A DNA stretch of 64,000 nucleotides. Source: Heteronotia binoei (lineage: Eukaryota). How positions within the stretch are numbered: the stretch's first letter is position 1; every line of letters begins with the position of its first letter. The translations under genes and the position numbers were made by a program. Below are positions 11,871 to 25,000 of the stretch, piece by piece. The DNA is taken from NCBI RefSeq assembly GCF_032191835.1, contig NC_083237.1:40672001-40736000 (forward strand). The letters are read 5' to 3'. The notes under the pieces are model-generated. The model did not search any database, was not told the origin of the DNA, and worked only from the letters and a program-made list of their open reading frames with translations.

Positions 11871-13289
11871 AGTCAACTAGCCCCTACCAAAGAACTAGAT
11901 TGAAAATTAAACAATATCCTTCATAAATCTAAGCATTACAGTTTGAAAAGTAAGGAAAGTAATTCCATCTGAATATATATTTTTATTTTCCTCACATAAA
12001 TGTCAAGTATGCTCATCAACGACTGTACACTTTTCTTTTTCCTTTCTCTTTCCTTTCTCCCATTGAAGCTCCATTGGACAATAGTCTTGAGCAGTAGATA
12101 TAGTTATAACTTAAAAGATGAGAGGACTGGAAAAATGGCTACAGATAGAGTAATTTTAGGGGGGGGGGGTTATCATAAAGTAAAAAAAAAAATCCAAACC
12201 TGCCAACATTAAAAATTCAGAATGACAAGCTAAATAGGGAGCAAAGAGAGCTCTGATATCCTCATAGAGTGGCACACAAGAAGAATAGGAAAAGAAGAAT
12301 CAAGCAAATAAAGAGTTCTCTAGATCCAATCAGTTTTCTCCACAATTGAGCAAGGACTTCACTCCATACCTCCGAAGTACCAGATCCATACTCTACTTAT
12401 AATACCACACTGCTTTCCCAATATGTAGCCAAATGCATCTTCAATTACATTTATACTCTTCTAGGAAGATACAAAACTTTTATTATCCTCTTTTGAAAGA
12501 ATCCATCCACATCTGTCATTTTTCTGCTAACTGACATTTCCACTTGCTTTTAAAAATCTTTTTCTAAACACAGCTTGCCCCTACCAAACACTCAGCATGA
12601 TTGATACTCCAAATGAGGCTTCTTTAATTACTTGTACAAGGAGGCAAAAGACTCCTGGCCAAATCACTTACCTCACAGATATCTTTCACACAACCACAAA
12701 ATCCTTATGGAAAGATTAATTTCAGCAAAAAAAAGTCATATGATTTTAAGAGCTGTGATAAACAAGACAGATTGAAGAGTAATGTTATCTTCTGGAAGAG
12801 ATCATTCAGTTCTAAGAAAACGTTATCATTCCATTTTTTTCTCACCTCATCTCATTCAGTATTAGTGTACTTCTCTAAATGTATGGTAAAAATAGCACAT
12901 CAGTTTTGATTTCCTCCTCTGCAGCTTGCTATGAAAAAATATAATATTAAGTTACATATGTTGCTTCTGACAGATACTGGAAAGAAAACAAGAATGTCTC
13001 TATTATTTCTCTTAAACTGTGAATGCTTCGGGACACTGGTTTTCTTTTTAAATGACAAGCAGACCTTTTCAAAACCATATGTGAAATAGTGCCACTCAAA
13101 AATGAGCTACAATATTTTTAAATGAATGCTTGTATTGGCTGGCTGGATGGCTAAGTATTCATTCCTTTGTGATTCCTACTATGTGTGCTGGAAAATGATA
13201 TCAAGTAACAGTGAACTTATGGTGAGCTTTTCAAGGCAAGAGATGTACAGGTATAATTTTGCCATTGACTGCCCAGGCATAACAACCCT

Positions 13290-13390
13290 AGATTTCCCTG
13301 ATAGTCTCCCATCCAAGTATTAACCAAAGTTGACCCTTCTTATCCTGCAAGATGCTCTGGGCTACCCTGGGTAATCCTGGTCAGGGTCCT
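13290..13390 (-). mobile_element. 5S rRNA-derived SINE head, degraded
   Basis: gtctcccatccaagtattaacc resembles reverse-complemented 5S internal control region. Confidence 0.55.
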
Positions 13391-13444
13391 AGTGTGTGTA
13401 CACATAGGTGAAAAAAGCAGATGAAACATTATTACTAAAATATT

Positions 13445-13735
13445 AAAGGTAAATGTAAAGGAAGTCCTCTCTGGAAACATCAGTCATTTCTGACTCTAGG
13501 GTGATGGCACATCACAACGTTTTCATGACAGACTTTTTACAGGGTGGTTTGCCATTGTCTTCCCCAGTCATCTACACTTTACACCCAGCAAGCTGGGTAC
13601 TCATTTTATCAACCTCAGAAGGATGGAAGGCTGAGTCAATCTTAAGCTGGCTACCTGAACCCAGCTTTCGTTGGGATTGAACTCAGGTCATGAGCAGAGC
13701 GTAGACTGCAGTACTGCAGTTTACCACTCTGTGCT
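13445..13735 (-). mobile_element. Sauria SINE
   Basis: aaaggtaaa tail (BovB-like cctttacc on minus), gggtggtttgccattg, tRNA-like head on minus strand. Confidence 0.8.
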
Positions 13736-14179
13736 AAAATATTTCCTTCATAATTATCTGGAGGTTCCCCAAAGGCAAAACACCTGTGAAGTTCTGAGGG
13801 AAATTGGAATTATTTCAGTAAAGGCCAAAGGAGATGAGAGAGTGCGACCTTCATGTTTTAATCATCCAATTTTTTTTTCTTTTAAATATCTGATGCATAA
13901 AGTGCAGATATGGACCATAGTAAAGGAGAAGGGTGGGTTAATCACTCTTTACAAATTACAGTGAACAATACTGTATAGTTCAGTATAGTTTTGATTTTTT
14001 TTACATGTGATTATTGCCCCAGCAACACCTCCCCCAATGAAGACATGAAACAACAATGTTGTGTTTAACTAGGTTATTCAATGAATTCTTAGCACAAGTA
14101 CATCCTATCATTAAATAAGATAAAATATTTAAATGGATGGGTTGTGCATTTTGTGTGTGTGTGTGCTCATACCTGGAAG

Positions 14180-14355
14180 TCATGTTGACCTCTGGTGACT
14201 CCTACTGGGGCATGGAGAATGTTCAGAGAAGTGGCTTGATATTCTGCCTCCCAAATCTGGCATTCTCTTGAAGTCTCCATCCAAATACTTGCCAGGGTCA
14301 GCCATGCTTATTTTCTGAGATCTGATAAGATCAGGCTTGCCTGGGCTAGCCAGGA
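14180..14355 (-). mobile_element. 5S rRNA-derived SINE (SINE3/5S-Sauria-like)
   Basis: gtctccatccaaatacttgccagggtcagccatgctta...gagatctgataagatc resembles reverse-complemented 5S. Confidence 0.65.
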
Positions 14356-14799
14356 TGGAAGGCATTGGCAGCCTTTGTTGGGCAGACTCACCTTGAATCC
14401 AAACTCAGCCTGTATCTTCCACTGCCATCATTTGATCTTCCAGTCAGAAGAAAGAGACAAACACCATATTGGGTTTAACCAAGAGTTCTTTATTATCTGT
14501 TTATACCTTCTTTGTGGTAAGGGCAAACCCCAAGTATGGAAATACGAGGGGTTGCTCCAGATCACCTTCTTGCCATATGTTAAATGAGCCACCTGTGCCC
14601 TAGGGGTGAGCCATCCCTGCAGCCTGCCACCAGTCAGCATAGCAAATGGGGCATTGCCATGGAGCCCCCAAGATGCAAAACATAGAGGGGAGGATCCAAG
14701 TCAAGGTGGCCCCAGAGGCAGTCCTCAATGAAATGTAAAACAAAAATAATTATTTTGGCATTTTCTGTGATGTGTGTGTGTGTATGCCTGCTTGCCTGA

Positions 14800-14995
14800 A
14801 AGTCTTGGTGACATTTGATGACCCCTATTGAGGTATGAAGGATGTTTGGAGAAGTGGTTTGATGCAGCCTGCCTCTACCTCCTGTTCCTGATAGTCAAAG
14901 AAGATCTCCCATCCAAGTACCTTCCAGGGTTGGCTGTGCTTAGCTTCTGAGATCTGATAAGATTGGGCTTACCAGGGCTATCCAGGTCAGGGGAA
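14800..14995 (-). mobile_element. 5S-derived SINE at the paralogous intron position shared by the duplicated OR units (also ~26060-26240, ~41735-41905, ~59590-59780)
   Basis: Same degraded 5S-like sequence with the same flanks in four units. Confidence 0.75.
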
Positions 14996-16107
14996 AAAGA
15001 TTCCTTCTTTTGATAAAGAAACTAAGGCATCAATCTAAAACTTTTCATTTCCTGAAGGAAGAACTTTTCTCTGCACAAAGAGTCTTGTCATAGTTTAGGA
15101 AGCTTAATCCATTTGGTCGTGCAGTAATATATTTATGGCACAGAATTTAATGGTCTTATGAGGGTTATATGGTGATGCATTCTTCAAATGTAAACCTATA
15201 ACCTCTTCTTGGGTCTTCTTTGCTAATCCTGTGAACCAGGGCCCTTCCCCTCTTTCCCAGTGGTTCACCCTCTGCCTCCATTTGAGCAAGACTATTCATT
15301 TAGTAGAAAAGAGAAACTTAATCTGATTTTATTTTTATTATTTTTTCATATGAAGGTCTGGCCAGTCAAAGATCTGTGGTAGAGATAATTTGTCATGTAC
15401 AAAGCTTTACTGCAGATAGCTGTTCTTGTTCTCCCATTTATTGGACTGTAAAGAAACACAGTGTGTGGTCCTGATTCATTTGGTTGGTTGTCTTTTACTC
15501 CTTACATCTATCACAGTGCTGATACTGTTGAAAAACATGTGAATGCTTATTTTACCTCAGCAATGACAATTGTTACTGCAATGATTATTTCATGCAGAAC
15601 AAGTTCATAGCATGTTCCTATTGCCGAGCATAATAATCCTACATAATCAGCCAAATTCTATTTGGAAATACCTTTCCTCCCTGTGTGCCTGAATATTCAT
15701 TTGTAATTCTATGGTTCTAAAATGTAGTTGCTTTTCCATTCCTTATTTTAAATTTATGGATGCCAAAGTGATGTAAGTTATTGAAGCAGACTATTAGTAT
15801 AAGTACAAATTATTCTGTCTCCCACATTGCTTCAATAACCCACATGGCAAAGGCAGCCTGGGGATCATTATAGTGCAGTGGTTATGGTGGCAAACAGGGG
15901 CTTGAAAAATGAAGTTCAAATCCCTGCTCTGCCACGAAGCTCATTGAGTAAACTAGGGCCATTTAAACTGGGGGTTCTGTGAGTATAAAATGGAGGGATG
16001 GAATCCTATGCACACTACTCCTTGGAAGAAATTATAATTAAAAATAAACTGAGAATACTCATTCTGGGGAAATATGGTTACCTCCATGGTTCAGAACTAT
16101 CATACCA

Positions 16108-19100
16108 GGAGGGCCGCCGCCGCGGCTTGTTTTGAGCTTTGAAGATTACAAACTTAAAAGGTGCTAAATAACTTTTCTTGTTAAAAACTGCTTATCTGCT
16201 ACTCATGGACTGGCTGAGACTCATGTTTACCGGCTAATTGAGCTAATTGAGCTATTGGGTGTCCAGGCAGTGTTCCAAATAACGAGAAGGAATGTTAATG
16301 GGAGAAGAATAGTAGCCGGAGCCTGCTTGAGTCGGTATTTATTAGCAGGGGTCTGCTGAGTCAACAAGGCACGGAAATAAAAAAGTTTCTAATGAAAGTA
16401 ATTCCCAGACAGCATTTGAAGTTGTATGGGGCATGACAAAAGAGCATTATAAGCTATTCTACTAAAAGCACATACTATAGAAACTACAGGACTTAAGTGC
16501 AGGATTTAAAGTGGCAGAAGTGAATGTGGAAGATTTGCAAGGAAATTAGAGGAGCTTCAATTCTCTTTGGGTAATAAATGGGGCAAAAGAAAAGACCATA
16601 TCCCTTTGAAGGAGAGAATGTATCTCCAACACACAAGCAACCTAAGCAATCCAAGTTGGAGGCCTTTTTTGCACCAATTAAATTACAAAACAGATTTGAA
16701 GTCCTGAGAGTACTGGGAGAGGAAGAGGGAGGAAAAGCTTATCCTGTGGGCCAGTCCTCTTGTAACCGTAATGAAGCCCAAAATGATATTCCTTGCCAAC
16801 TAAGTGATAATTAAATAGGCATGCGGATGGGCTGGAGTTGCTTGCACAGCAAACAATCCTGGTGGCAGAAGCCTTGCAGACAATTTTTACTTACTTACAA
16901 GAAATAGTATCCCTGCTAAAGAAGAGGGGTGGAGAATATGCAAAAAGAAAATAAAGAACAGGCACAGGAGGAGAATAAAGAAGATGCTGCTAAGAAAGGA
17001 GGTCTAAGAGGTCTAATAGGTACTGGAACTAAAGCTACTATGACATTAAAAACAAACAAAGGATGTTAAAGAAAATTTATTTTCACTGGTATAAAATCAA
17101 AAAAGCATTGTTATAAATATTTTCCCATTGCATGGGAGATTAATTGATTGGAGCCCCAAATGGAAAGCAAAAAGCCAACTTACTTGGGATAGCTACCCCT
17201 TTGGTTGACCTCATACAAATGGAAAGACTGCCAGGTCCCATACGATTTGAACGCTTTTTACTTCATTTTAATACAAACAAAATTCCCTTGTACTTGTTTG
17301 CTCATGCCAACAGATATGTGGTGCTTGGGATCAGACTACAAAGACATTTTAATAATTCTACAACTTGGAAAATAGTTTCAAAAACAAAAGATGTTGGTGC
17401 TAAGAAGGATTATAAAAAGCAGTCGCTGGTGGCAGAACTGAAACCTACCAACACTGTATTAATCTTAGATCAACCAACTCCTTCCAATTTACCCCCTCCA
17501 TTGATGGAACCTGCGCTGAAGCCCATTATTGCCCCGACTAACTTAGACAAAGAGGTACCCCCAACAGGAGATATTGGGATCGGTCAGAAAAATCTGGATG
17601 CCAGTTGGCCAGAGGAAGAACTCGAGAAACAACTGCTTACAAAATTTATGTTGTTACAAGACTGTGAGCAAGTCCTTGATAGACCGTTTTGAACAACTAA
17701 CATCTACCCTGAAGGGCCTCAGAGGTTCTACGGATTGCAGGGAAATGGAAATAGAGGGAAGTACTAAGGCCTGTGAGCTGAGGAAGAGTGAAGGTGAAGG
17801 GACCCACTCTGCAGAGGAGGCCCATTATTTCCCACTGGAACCAACTGTAATAATTAACAAAGGAAAGCATAATTCCAACCTGATTGTTGCAGCTGACGAT
17901 CCCAAAATATGTGAAATAAGGGATGTCACCCATGCTCCTGATGGAGGAAAATGCTCATGACTGTCCTCAATGCAAGATATGGGGATCACTAACAAACCTA
18001 TTGAAATTTTGTCATGGAATGTGGCGGGATGGCTAAAATGTATCCATTCGTACATAGAGGTTCCTTTTTTCCAGAGAGATTTTGATATTACATTGCAGGA
18101 AACGTGGATGGCAGAAACTCTTTGGTTAGATGGTTATTCCTCCTATAATTTACCGGCAGTTCCAGGAAAGGGCCCAGGGAGGTTAAAGGGAGGCCTGGAT
18201 ATATTTATTTCTAATGCCCTTAAGGTTCAATGCATGTTGAAACCCTTGCTGTCCCATTTAGCTATGGCTCTATTGGTGAGATGGGACAGGGGAAGCCTGA
18301 TTATCATAAATGTATACATCCCACCTCTAACAAAACAGTCATCTATAGAAGAAAATTGGGCATTACTAGACCAATTTATAATAAATCTTGCCCTGGAACA
18401 TCCGGAAGCTCAAATTTTAGTGGCAGGGGATTTTAATGCCCGTATGGGAATGAATGATGCCTTTTTACTAAACAAATATAATTCCCTACTAGATGAGCAG
18501 GAGCAAGGCCAGAATGGACTCCTCTTCACATGAGATTCTAAAGATTGTAAGGCAAACTTTGCTGGCCTATGTTTAGCTAAATTAGCAGGTAGAAGAGAGC
18601 TCCATATTTTAAATGGGGCATTCTATGAAGATTATCCAGGCGAATACACTTTTATGTCTGGGAATAGAATGAACACTATTGATTATATGCTGGTATGCAA
18701 TTCTCTATTACCTCTAATTAAAAATTTCCAAATATTCCCATACTTGGAGGGTGACCATCTACCTCTATGTCTGCAGATAGCGCTCCCATTAAATACTAAC
18801 CAAAAAGAGGCAAGTTATACAACAAGGATAGGAATTAGGGGGAGAAGAGTACAGTGGGGTGGGGAACGGGATAAAAAAGTGAAAGAAATCTTAACTCCAG
18901 AAAATTTGCTGAAGCACGTGTCAGTGTTTACAGCTTTAGACAAAAACCAAGACCCGCTAATAGTTTACCAAGATATAATTCAGGAGATTTACTCTATTAT
19001 GACTGTACCAATAGGGAATAGATTACATCAGCATAATCGGAAAACCAAACCTTGGTTTGATTCTGAATTTGTTCAAGCAAAAAAAGAACTAAATTGTTTG

Positions 19101-21547
19101 TATTACCTTGCGATGAGAAGTAGCATAGAAAAAAGGGTAGAGACACAAAATGCTTTAGTGAGCTATAAAAAACCCCTATAAAGACATTATTCAAAGGAAG
19201 AAGAAAGAATATACTAGGAAACTATGGGAGGAACTTATACAGGCTGTAAAACTAAAAAACTCTGCGCTTTTTTGGAAACTAACAAAGATTGGGGGATTTA
19301 AGACAACCTTTCCCCCGGACATGTATATCCCGGTGGAAACATGGACTGCTTTCTTTCAGAATTTATATGATGACAATGTTCAACCCCCTTTTTCAGGTAA
19401 CATAGAGAACCTCCCTCAGTGGCCACCAGTTAGTACGCAAGAAATAAAAGCCCATATAATGCAACTGGAAAATAGGAAAGCCCCAGGTATAGACGGCATA
19501 CCAGCTGAGGTGCTTAAAGAGAATGTAAATTGGTGGGCACAGTTTCTGGCATCTTTTTTTACTTATGTTGATCAAACAGGTTGAATTCCAAAGCAGTGGG
19601 GAACAGCTATAGTTGTCCCTATTTTTAAGAAGGGCAATCGAAATAATCCCGCCAATTATAGGCCCGTAAAATTTATACAAGACATCTTTTAGAAAACTAG
19701 AAATATGGATGGAACAAGAAGAAATTATCCCTTTGGAACAGGCTGGATTTAGGAAAGAAAGGTCGACAACTGAGCACTGCCTGATATTGCAACAGCTAAT
19801 TGAGAAGTACTCTGCCAAAGGTACAACCGCTCTATATGCGGCTTTTATTGATTTAAAGGCAGCATTTGATTCCATCTCAAGGCAACGATTGTGGCAAAAA
19901 CTAGCGGCTTCCAATATTGATAAAAGGCTCCTATTTCTTATTCATGGCCTCCATGAAGAATCATTTCTTAGGGTGAGATGCAATATGCAAGGATTACTCA
20001 CAGAACCAATAAAAATCAAGAAGGGTGTAAGACAGGGTTGTATTTTGGCCCCCATCTTATTTAATTATTACATCAGTGATATGGTGGAACATATGACTGA
20101 TATTAAATTACACCCCCCAAAGCTGGCTCTTCGCCACCTTTCAGTACTGCTATATGCAGATGGCGTGGTACTCTTATCTAAAACACCTATTGGGTTGCGG
20201 GGGGCATTAGACAGCTTTGTTAAGTATTGTGAAAATGAACGTTTGGTAATAAAATTTGAAAAAACAAAAGTGATGGCATTTGGTAAAAAAGCCAAGAAGA
20301 GGTATTGGGGAGAAAATAAAACAAGTAACAAAATTTACTTATTTGGGAATTGTAATTCAGGATACAGGCACCTATACTGAACATTGTAATATGAGGGTGG
20401 AGAAAGCTGAGAAAACAATGTATGCTATCCTGAGATTTTTTCATTCTAAGGGGGGCTTTTATGTTCTGGCAGCACTGAAACTGTTCCAATATAAAGTTTT
20501 AACACAACTGCTCTATGGTATTAACCTGGGCATTTTGGCTAAAAAATTACAGGCTCTTGAGAAAGTGCAATCTAAATTTCTCCATAACATCTTGTTGCTC
20601 CCGCCAGGTGTGCCAAATGCCCTTTTGTGACTAAAAACTGGGCAAATGAAAATTGAGGCCAGAATTATGTTATTGTCGGCATACCAATGGCTAAGAATCT
20701 ATACAAACTAAAAAGGCCTCTTTCCTCTAATAATTCAAGACCTCTATTGGCCAAGGGGCTGCAATTGGTTGAAAGCAATTTGGAAAATATAGCATTATCA
20801 CTTGAAAACCTCTTGACGCAGACTAATGCCAAAGCAAAAAGTATTATCAAACAAAGAATCTGTGATATAGAGAGACAAAGGGATCTAGAACAGGCCCCTT
20901 CTTTTTTGGCATCTACTGAGACCAAATATGTTATGAGGATGGCCAAGTACTTTTCTTATCTGGAGGTATCAGCTCACAGAAGAGCCTTTACATTGGCTCG
21001 ATGCGCAGCCATGCCCTCAAAAGTGTTAGAAGGGAAATATAGAAAAGTTCCGTATGAAGATCGACGCTGTTCTTGTGCTACGGGAGAGGTGGAGTCGATG
21101 ACTCATATGTTTTTTCGATGCCCATTCCACCAAGCATATAGGGACAGGTTTGTTTCCCCGTTTGTAGTCAAACCAATAGCAGATGCGGACGGGGCGTGTT
21201 TGGAGAAACTTTTGGTGGATGCAAGTCCATCTATCTCTAGACAGATAGCTAAATTCTTCCATTACCTTGTGACGTTCCATTCTAAGAAACAAGAAATTGC
21301 ATGTTTTGTATGATCTGTTTGAATTTTAGGTTATAAACGATTTTATATATTCTGATTTAAAGGATTTTATATTAACTTAAACTGATTCTGGATTTTAAAA
21401 TTGGTTAAATTATATTTTAGTTATCCTCGACCTGTATAGGTGCGGAAAAGTTTCATGTATTTTATTGTATTTTATGTAGTTTAGGAGGGTTTTTACATGA
21501 TGTGTTATAGTTTTTATATTGGTCTATGACCATAATAAAAAGTTCAT
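16108..21547 (+). mobile_element. RTE-X-like LINE, apparently full length (~5.4 kb), degenerate
   Basis: 8-bp TSD TCATACCA (16100-16107, 21548-21555); GC-rich 5' end; ORF1 remnants (LQNRFEVL); APE endonuclease (SWNV, LQETW, GDFNAR, IDY, DHLP); RT (QAGFR, FIDLKAAFDS, GVRQGC, LLYADG); C-terminal RRAFTLAR...CSC...H...C; AATAAA plus ttcat tail. Confidence 0.85.
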
Positions 21548-22639
21548 TCATACCATATGATTCCACCAGAACCATCAAAAAGATGGGACTGGAGCTGGTT
21601 TGGCTAGTTCAAACATCTGACTTCATGGCTAAACTGATGTTTCATCTTAGGTCTCTCAATTCAACTTGTGGAGTCTAAGGAAGCCAGAGTTTGTGAAGAG
21701 GCCTTAACTGAATATAATGTCATGGAGTTCATCCTCCAAAGCAGTTCTTTTCTTCAGGATGGGTACAGAGATCTGTTATCTGGAGTTTGTTTGTGATCCC
21801 AGGAGATCTTCAGTGTCCACCTGGAAGTTGGCTACCCTAGGTCTAGCAGCACCCTCTGGGTGACTTGATGTCACCTAACTGGCATGACTTAGTTAGACCT
21901 GGCTGCTTGCTCCTGTTCAGCAGCAGCCGCCCCCCCCCCCCATGACAGCCAGTGTGACTTAACAGTTGCCAACTCCAGGTTGGCAAATTCCTGGATATTT
22001 GAGGGGTGGAGACTGGAGAAGGTGGATTTGAGGAGGGGTAGGACCTCAGACAGGTACAATGCCATAGATTCCATCCCCAAATCGGCCATTTTTTTCCTGG
22101 GAACCATTGTTGCCAATCTCTAGGTAAGGGCTAGAGATCACTCAGAATTACAACTATTCTCCAGATGGCAGAGATCAGTTCTCCTTGAGGTGGGAGGGAG
22201 TGCATGTCTTCATTTGGGTGGGTGGGAAGACAGCAAGGGTGTGGTGGGGGGGACTCACCTACCTCTTTCTGGAGCTCATTGTATTTTTCTCCACAACGGG
22301 TCTTACTCCTAGTCACTGCATAACTTGAGATAGTCCCTTTGTTCTAAGTAAATATCTTATTCATAACCAGCTGGAGGTCTGAAGGAAAACATGGGTAGGG
22401 AATCCAAAAGCTTAAATGTCTTTCATCTACTGCCTTTGTCCAAGATGATAGAAAAGGACCAAGTTCAGTCTATCAGGGAGAAAATCCTGATCTAGTGAGG
22501 GAGGGGGATCTGAATTTCACCTCAGCTTTTCATGTAAACAAGGAAATGAAACTAAAATCAGCCTCTAACTATAAGTTGGAATTTTAAATGCAATTGGGTA
22601 CTTGAAAAATGGCACACAGAAATTTTGATTGTAGGAATT

Positions 22640-22890
22640 TGCTTTTAGAGGAAAAAATGGGTAATCAAATTGGAGTGCCATAAAACAGAACAGATATAAT
22701 ATTTTGCTTTATAGACTTCCAGAGCACAAGGTAAAAATTGCACTCCAGAGTGGTAAAAGAATCTCATAATTGAAGCTAAATGTACTTCAGTAGACTCAAG
22801 AAGAATAAAATAATGAATGTTCAATTTGTTGGAAGAGGCAAAATGAAGGTTTAAGTAGCTGAAATTTGACACTTGGTCAATCATATGCCC
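22640..22890 (-). mobile_element. Old RTE-X-like fragment
   Basis: IDQVSNFSYL...IMRFFYHSGVQF...ALEVYKAK parallels QVTKFTYLG...ILRFFHSKGGF...ALKLFQYK of the 16-21 kb element. Confidence 0.55.
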
Positions 22891-23156
22891 ATTCAGGATC
22901 TGGGGATATTTCTAAAGAACCACATTATTTTAGATTTAGCATTGTGAAAAGAAAGCAGGTTATCATGACAACATGAAACAAAACTTTGGAGATGTCTTAA
23001 TCCTACCCTCAAGCAAGAAAGAAGAGCTGTATCATTGTCATACAGTAGAAATAGTATAGAGTGAGCAGCCCATCTGGATGTTCCTTGCCAGGGAAAGTAT
23101 CAGAATTGTTTATAGGATGTTATTGCACTATTTTTTCTCCCTCATTTCTCAACTCA

Positions 23157-23957
23157 AGTCATGGGCGATGGCGACAGCAGTGACCATGCTGGGCCCCTGC
23201 CCGAGTTGACCGCAGAGCCTGCAGCTGGCCCCTCTAATGCTCCAAGAGCTGACAGCTTGCTGCTGCCTGAGTCAGCATTCCCTGCACCTGTTCCAGCAGC
23301 AGTGGAAGAGGCACAGCTGCAAGCAGAAAACCTGCTAGGCTCAACCCTATGGGTAGCTTGGCTGAGGGAGCAACTCTGCTAAGACTTAGCAACCTGTAGG
23401 AGGGATCCATGCCTGCAAGGAAGATGGTCACTGAGTCCTGAGTTCTGACAGAAGCTTCACCACACACTAATGGGAACATCAATGGAGGTCCATTTAGCCC
23501 CCTGCTTGGGGCTGGGCTCCTCATGGAAGCAACAAGTTGCTTCCATGACAACTCATGAAAACCGGGTTTGATTCCCCTCTCTTCCACTTTCACCTGCTGG
23601 AATGGCCTTGGGTTAGCCATAGCTCTGGCAGAGGTTGTCCTTGAAAGGGCAGCTGCTGTGAAAGCCCTCTCAGCCCCACCCACCTCACAGTGTGTCTGTT
23701 GTGGGGGGTGAAGATATAGGAGATTGCAAGCCTCTCTGAGTCTCTGATTTAGGGAGAAGGGTGGGGTATAAATCTGCAATTCTTCTTCTTCATGTCCACC
23801 CTGGCTGTAGTGCTCCTGATTAAACTCCTCAGCTTCCTGGCTCTCTCCTCCAGAGGACCCTGCTCTCTGTCCCCTAACTCGGCTACCTGACCCAGCTTCA
23901 GTTAGAACCCCTGACTTCACCCGGGACCGGGCTTCCAACTGCACCCAGCCCATGACA
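23157..23957. repeat. LTR-like element, possible solo LTR, containing a SINE
   Basis: Termini aGTCATGGGC...GCCCATGACA (9/10 inverted); no matching TSD found. Confidence 0.4.
23565..23792 (+). mobile_element. Squam3-like SINE, 5'-truncated
   Basis: Matches 6660-6895; short TCATG direct repeat at both ends. Confidence 0.8.
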
Positions 23958-24504
23958 GATAGTTACATAAATTAATCTGAATATTTTGCGCCCACACTCT
24001 TGTGGAATGAGAGCCATTATTTGCCCTCTCTTCCACAGATGGAAGAAGCTTTGTAGAAAGAACATGGGTGGAAGTCCCATGCATCCTGGACAATGAGGAG
24101 AGGTACTAAAGCATGCATCTCCTGAGGAGACCTTTGACACTAGAGGTCTGGTGGGCACCAAGTTATTTGAACCTTTAGGGCAGCAATCAATACTGTGTTT
24201 ATGGCCCATTCCTATGTTTTTGCTTTCAGCAGCCACACACTTCAGCCTTCTCAGCTGTAATACCTTACCAATTATGTATAAAGGTGCTTGTCCTTTTGGA
24301 ATAGTGTTGTCTCTTTGTAATTACCAATTATTTATAAAGGTGCTTGTCATTTTGAAATCTTGCTAGCATGAGGATTTTTTTTATCTTTGTCTCTTTGTGA
24401 TTAATGTTTTAATGTGCTCTAGATGGGACAGGTTGGGGAGGACTTTGCTAGTTCATTATGTATGTTTTAGTCAGCCATGGACATGATTGCTTGAAGGCAG
24501 TAAC

Positions 24505-24703
24505 CAGGGGTTTTTTGGTAGAAAAGGCCCAGCAGGAACTCATTTGCATATTAGGCCACACATCCCTGACATTACCATTGTTTCACACAGGGCTTTTTGT
24601 AGAAAAAGCCCAACAAGAACGAATTTGCATATTAGACCACACACCCTGTCACCAGGCCAGCCAGAATTGCATTCCTGTACGTTCCTGCTCAAAAAAAGCC
24701 CTG
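24505..24703. mobile_element. hAT-type MITE (CAGGG(C)TTTTTT termini); related copies at ~31749-31845, ~41965-42045, 59151-59536
   Basis: Inverted termini; 8-bp flanks GCAGTAAC/GTGGTAAC explained as CpG decay of one GCGGTAAC TSD. Confidence 0.7.
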
Positions 24704-25000
24704 GTGGTAACAGCCTGGCATCCATTTTGTGTACCTTCTGATCAGATTGAATGGTATGTGTGACTCTGGGGTGCAATTGAAACAAGGGTGCTTGCATACA
24801 TAGGAATAATAAAATGATCACACAATTTATTCCATAGGGAAAATAGCGGTTGTTTTTTTTTTTGTCTCAAGAACTTAAAATATAGTGCATGACATATGTT
24901 TGGTATGATTCAACAGAGCTGTGTCAATATTTGGAAAACATTTTTTGGAATCAATGTACTTGAGATAAATAACAATACACATTTTAAAAAATCATTAGCT

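Noticed and set aside
14180-14995. 5S rRNA genes
   Set aside because: Heavily diverged partial copies with extra tail sequence; SINE-like
23234-23953. 239-aa ORF
   Set aside because: Reads through a SINE and an LTR-like repeat; no recognisable domain
23152-23962. Confident solo-LTR call
   Set aside because: Termini fit but flanks (ACTCA vs GATAG) give no TSD; kept at low confidence only
24540-24550. Octamer ATTTGCAT as an OR regulatory site
   Set aside because: Internal to a multicopy MITE, not conserved at paralogous positions
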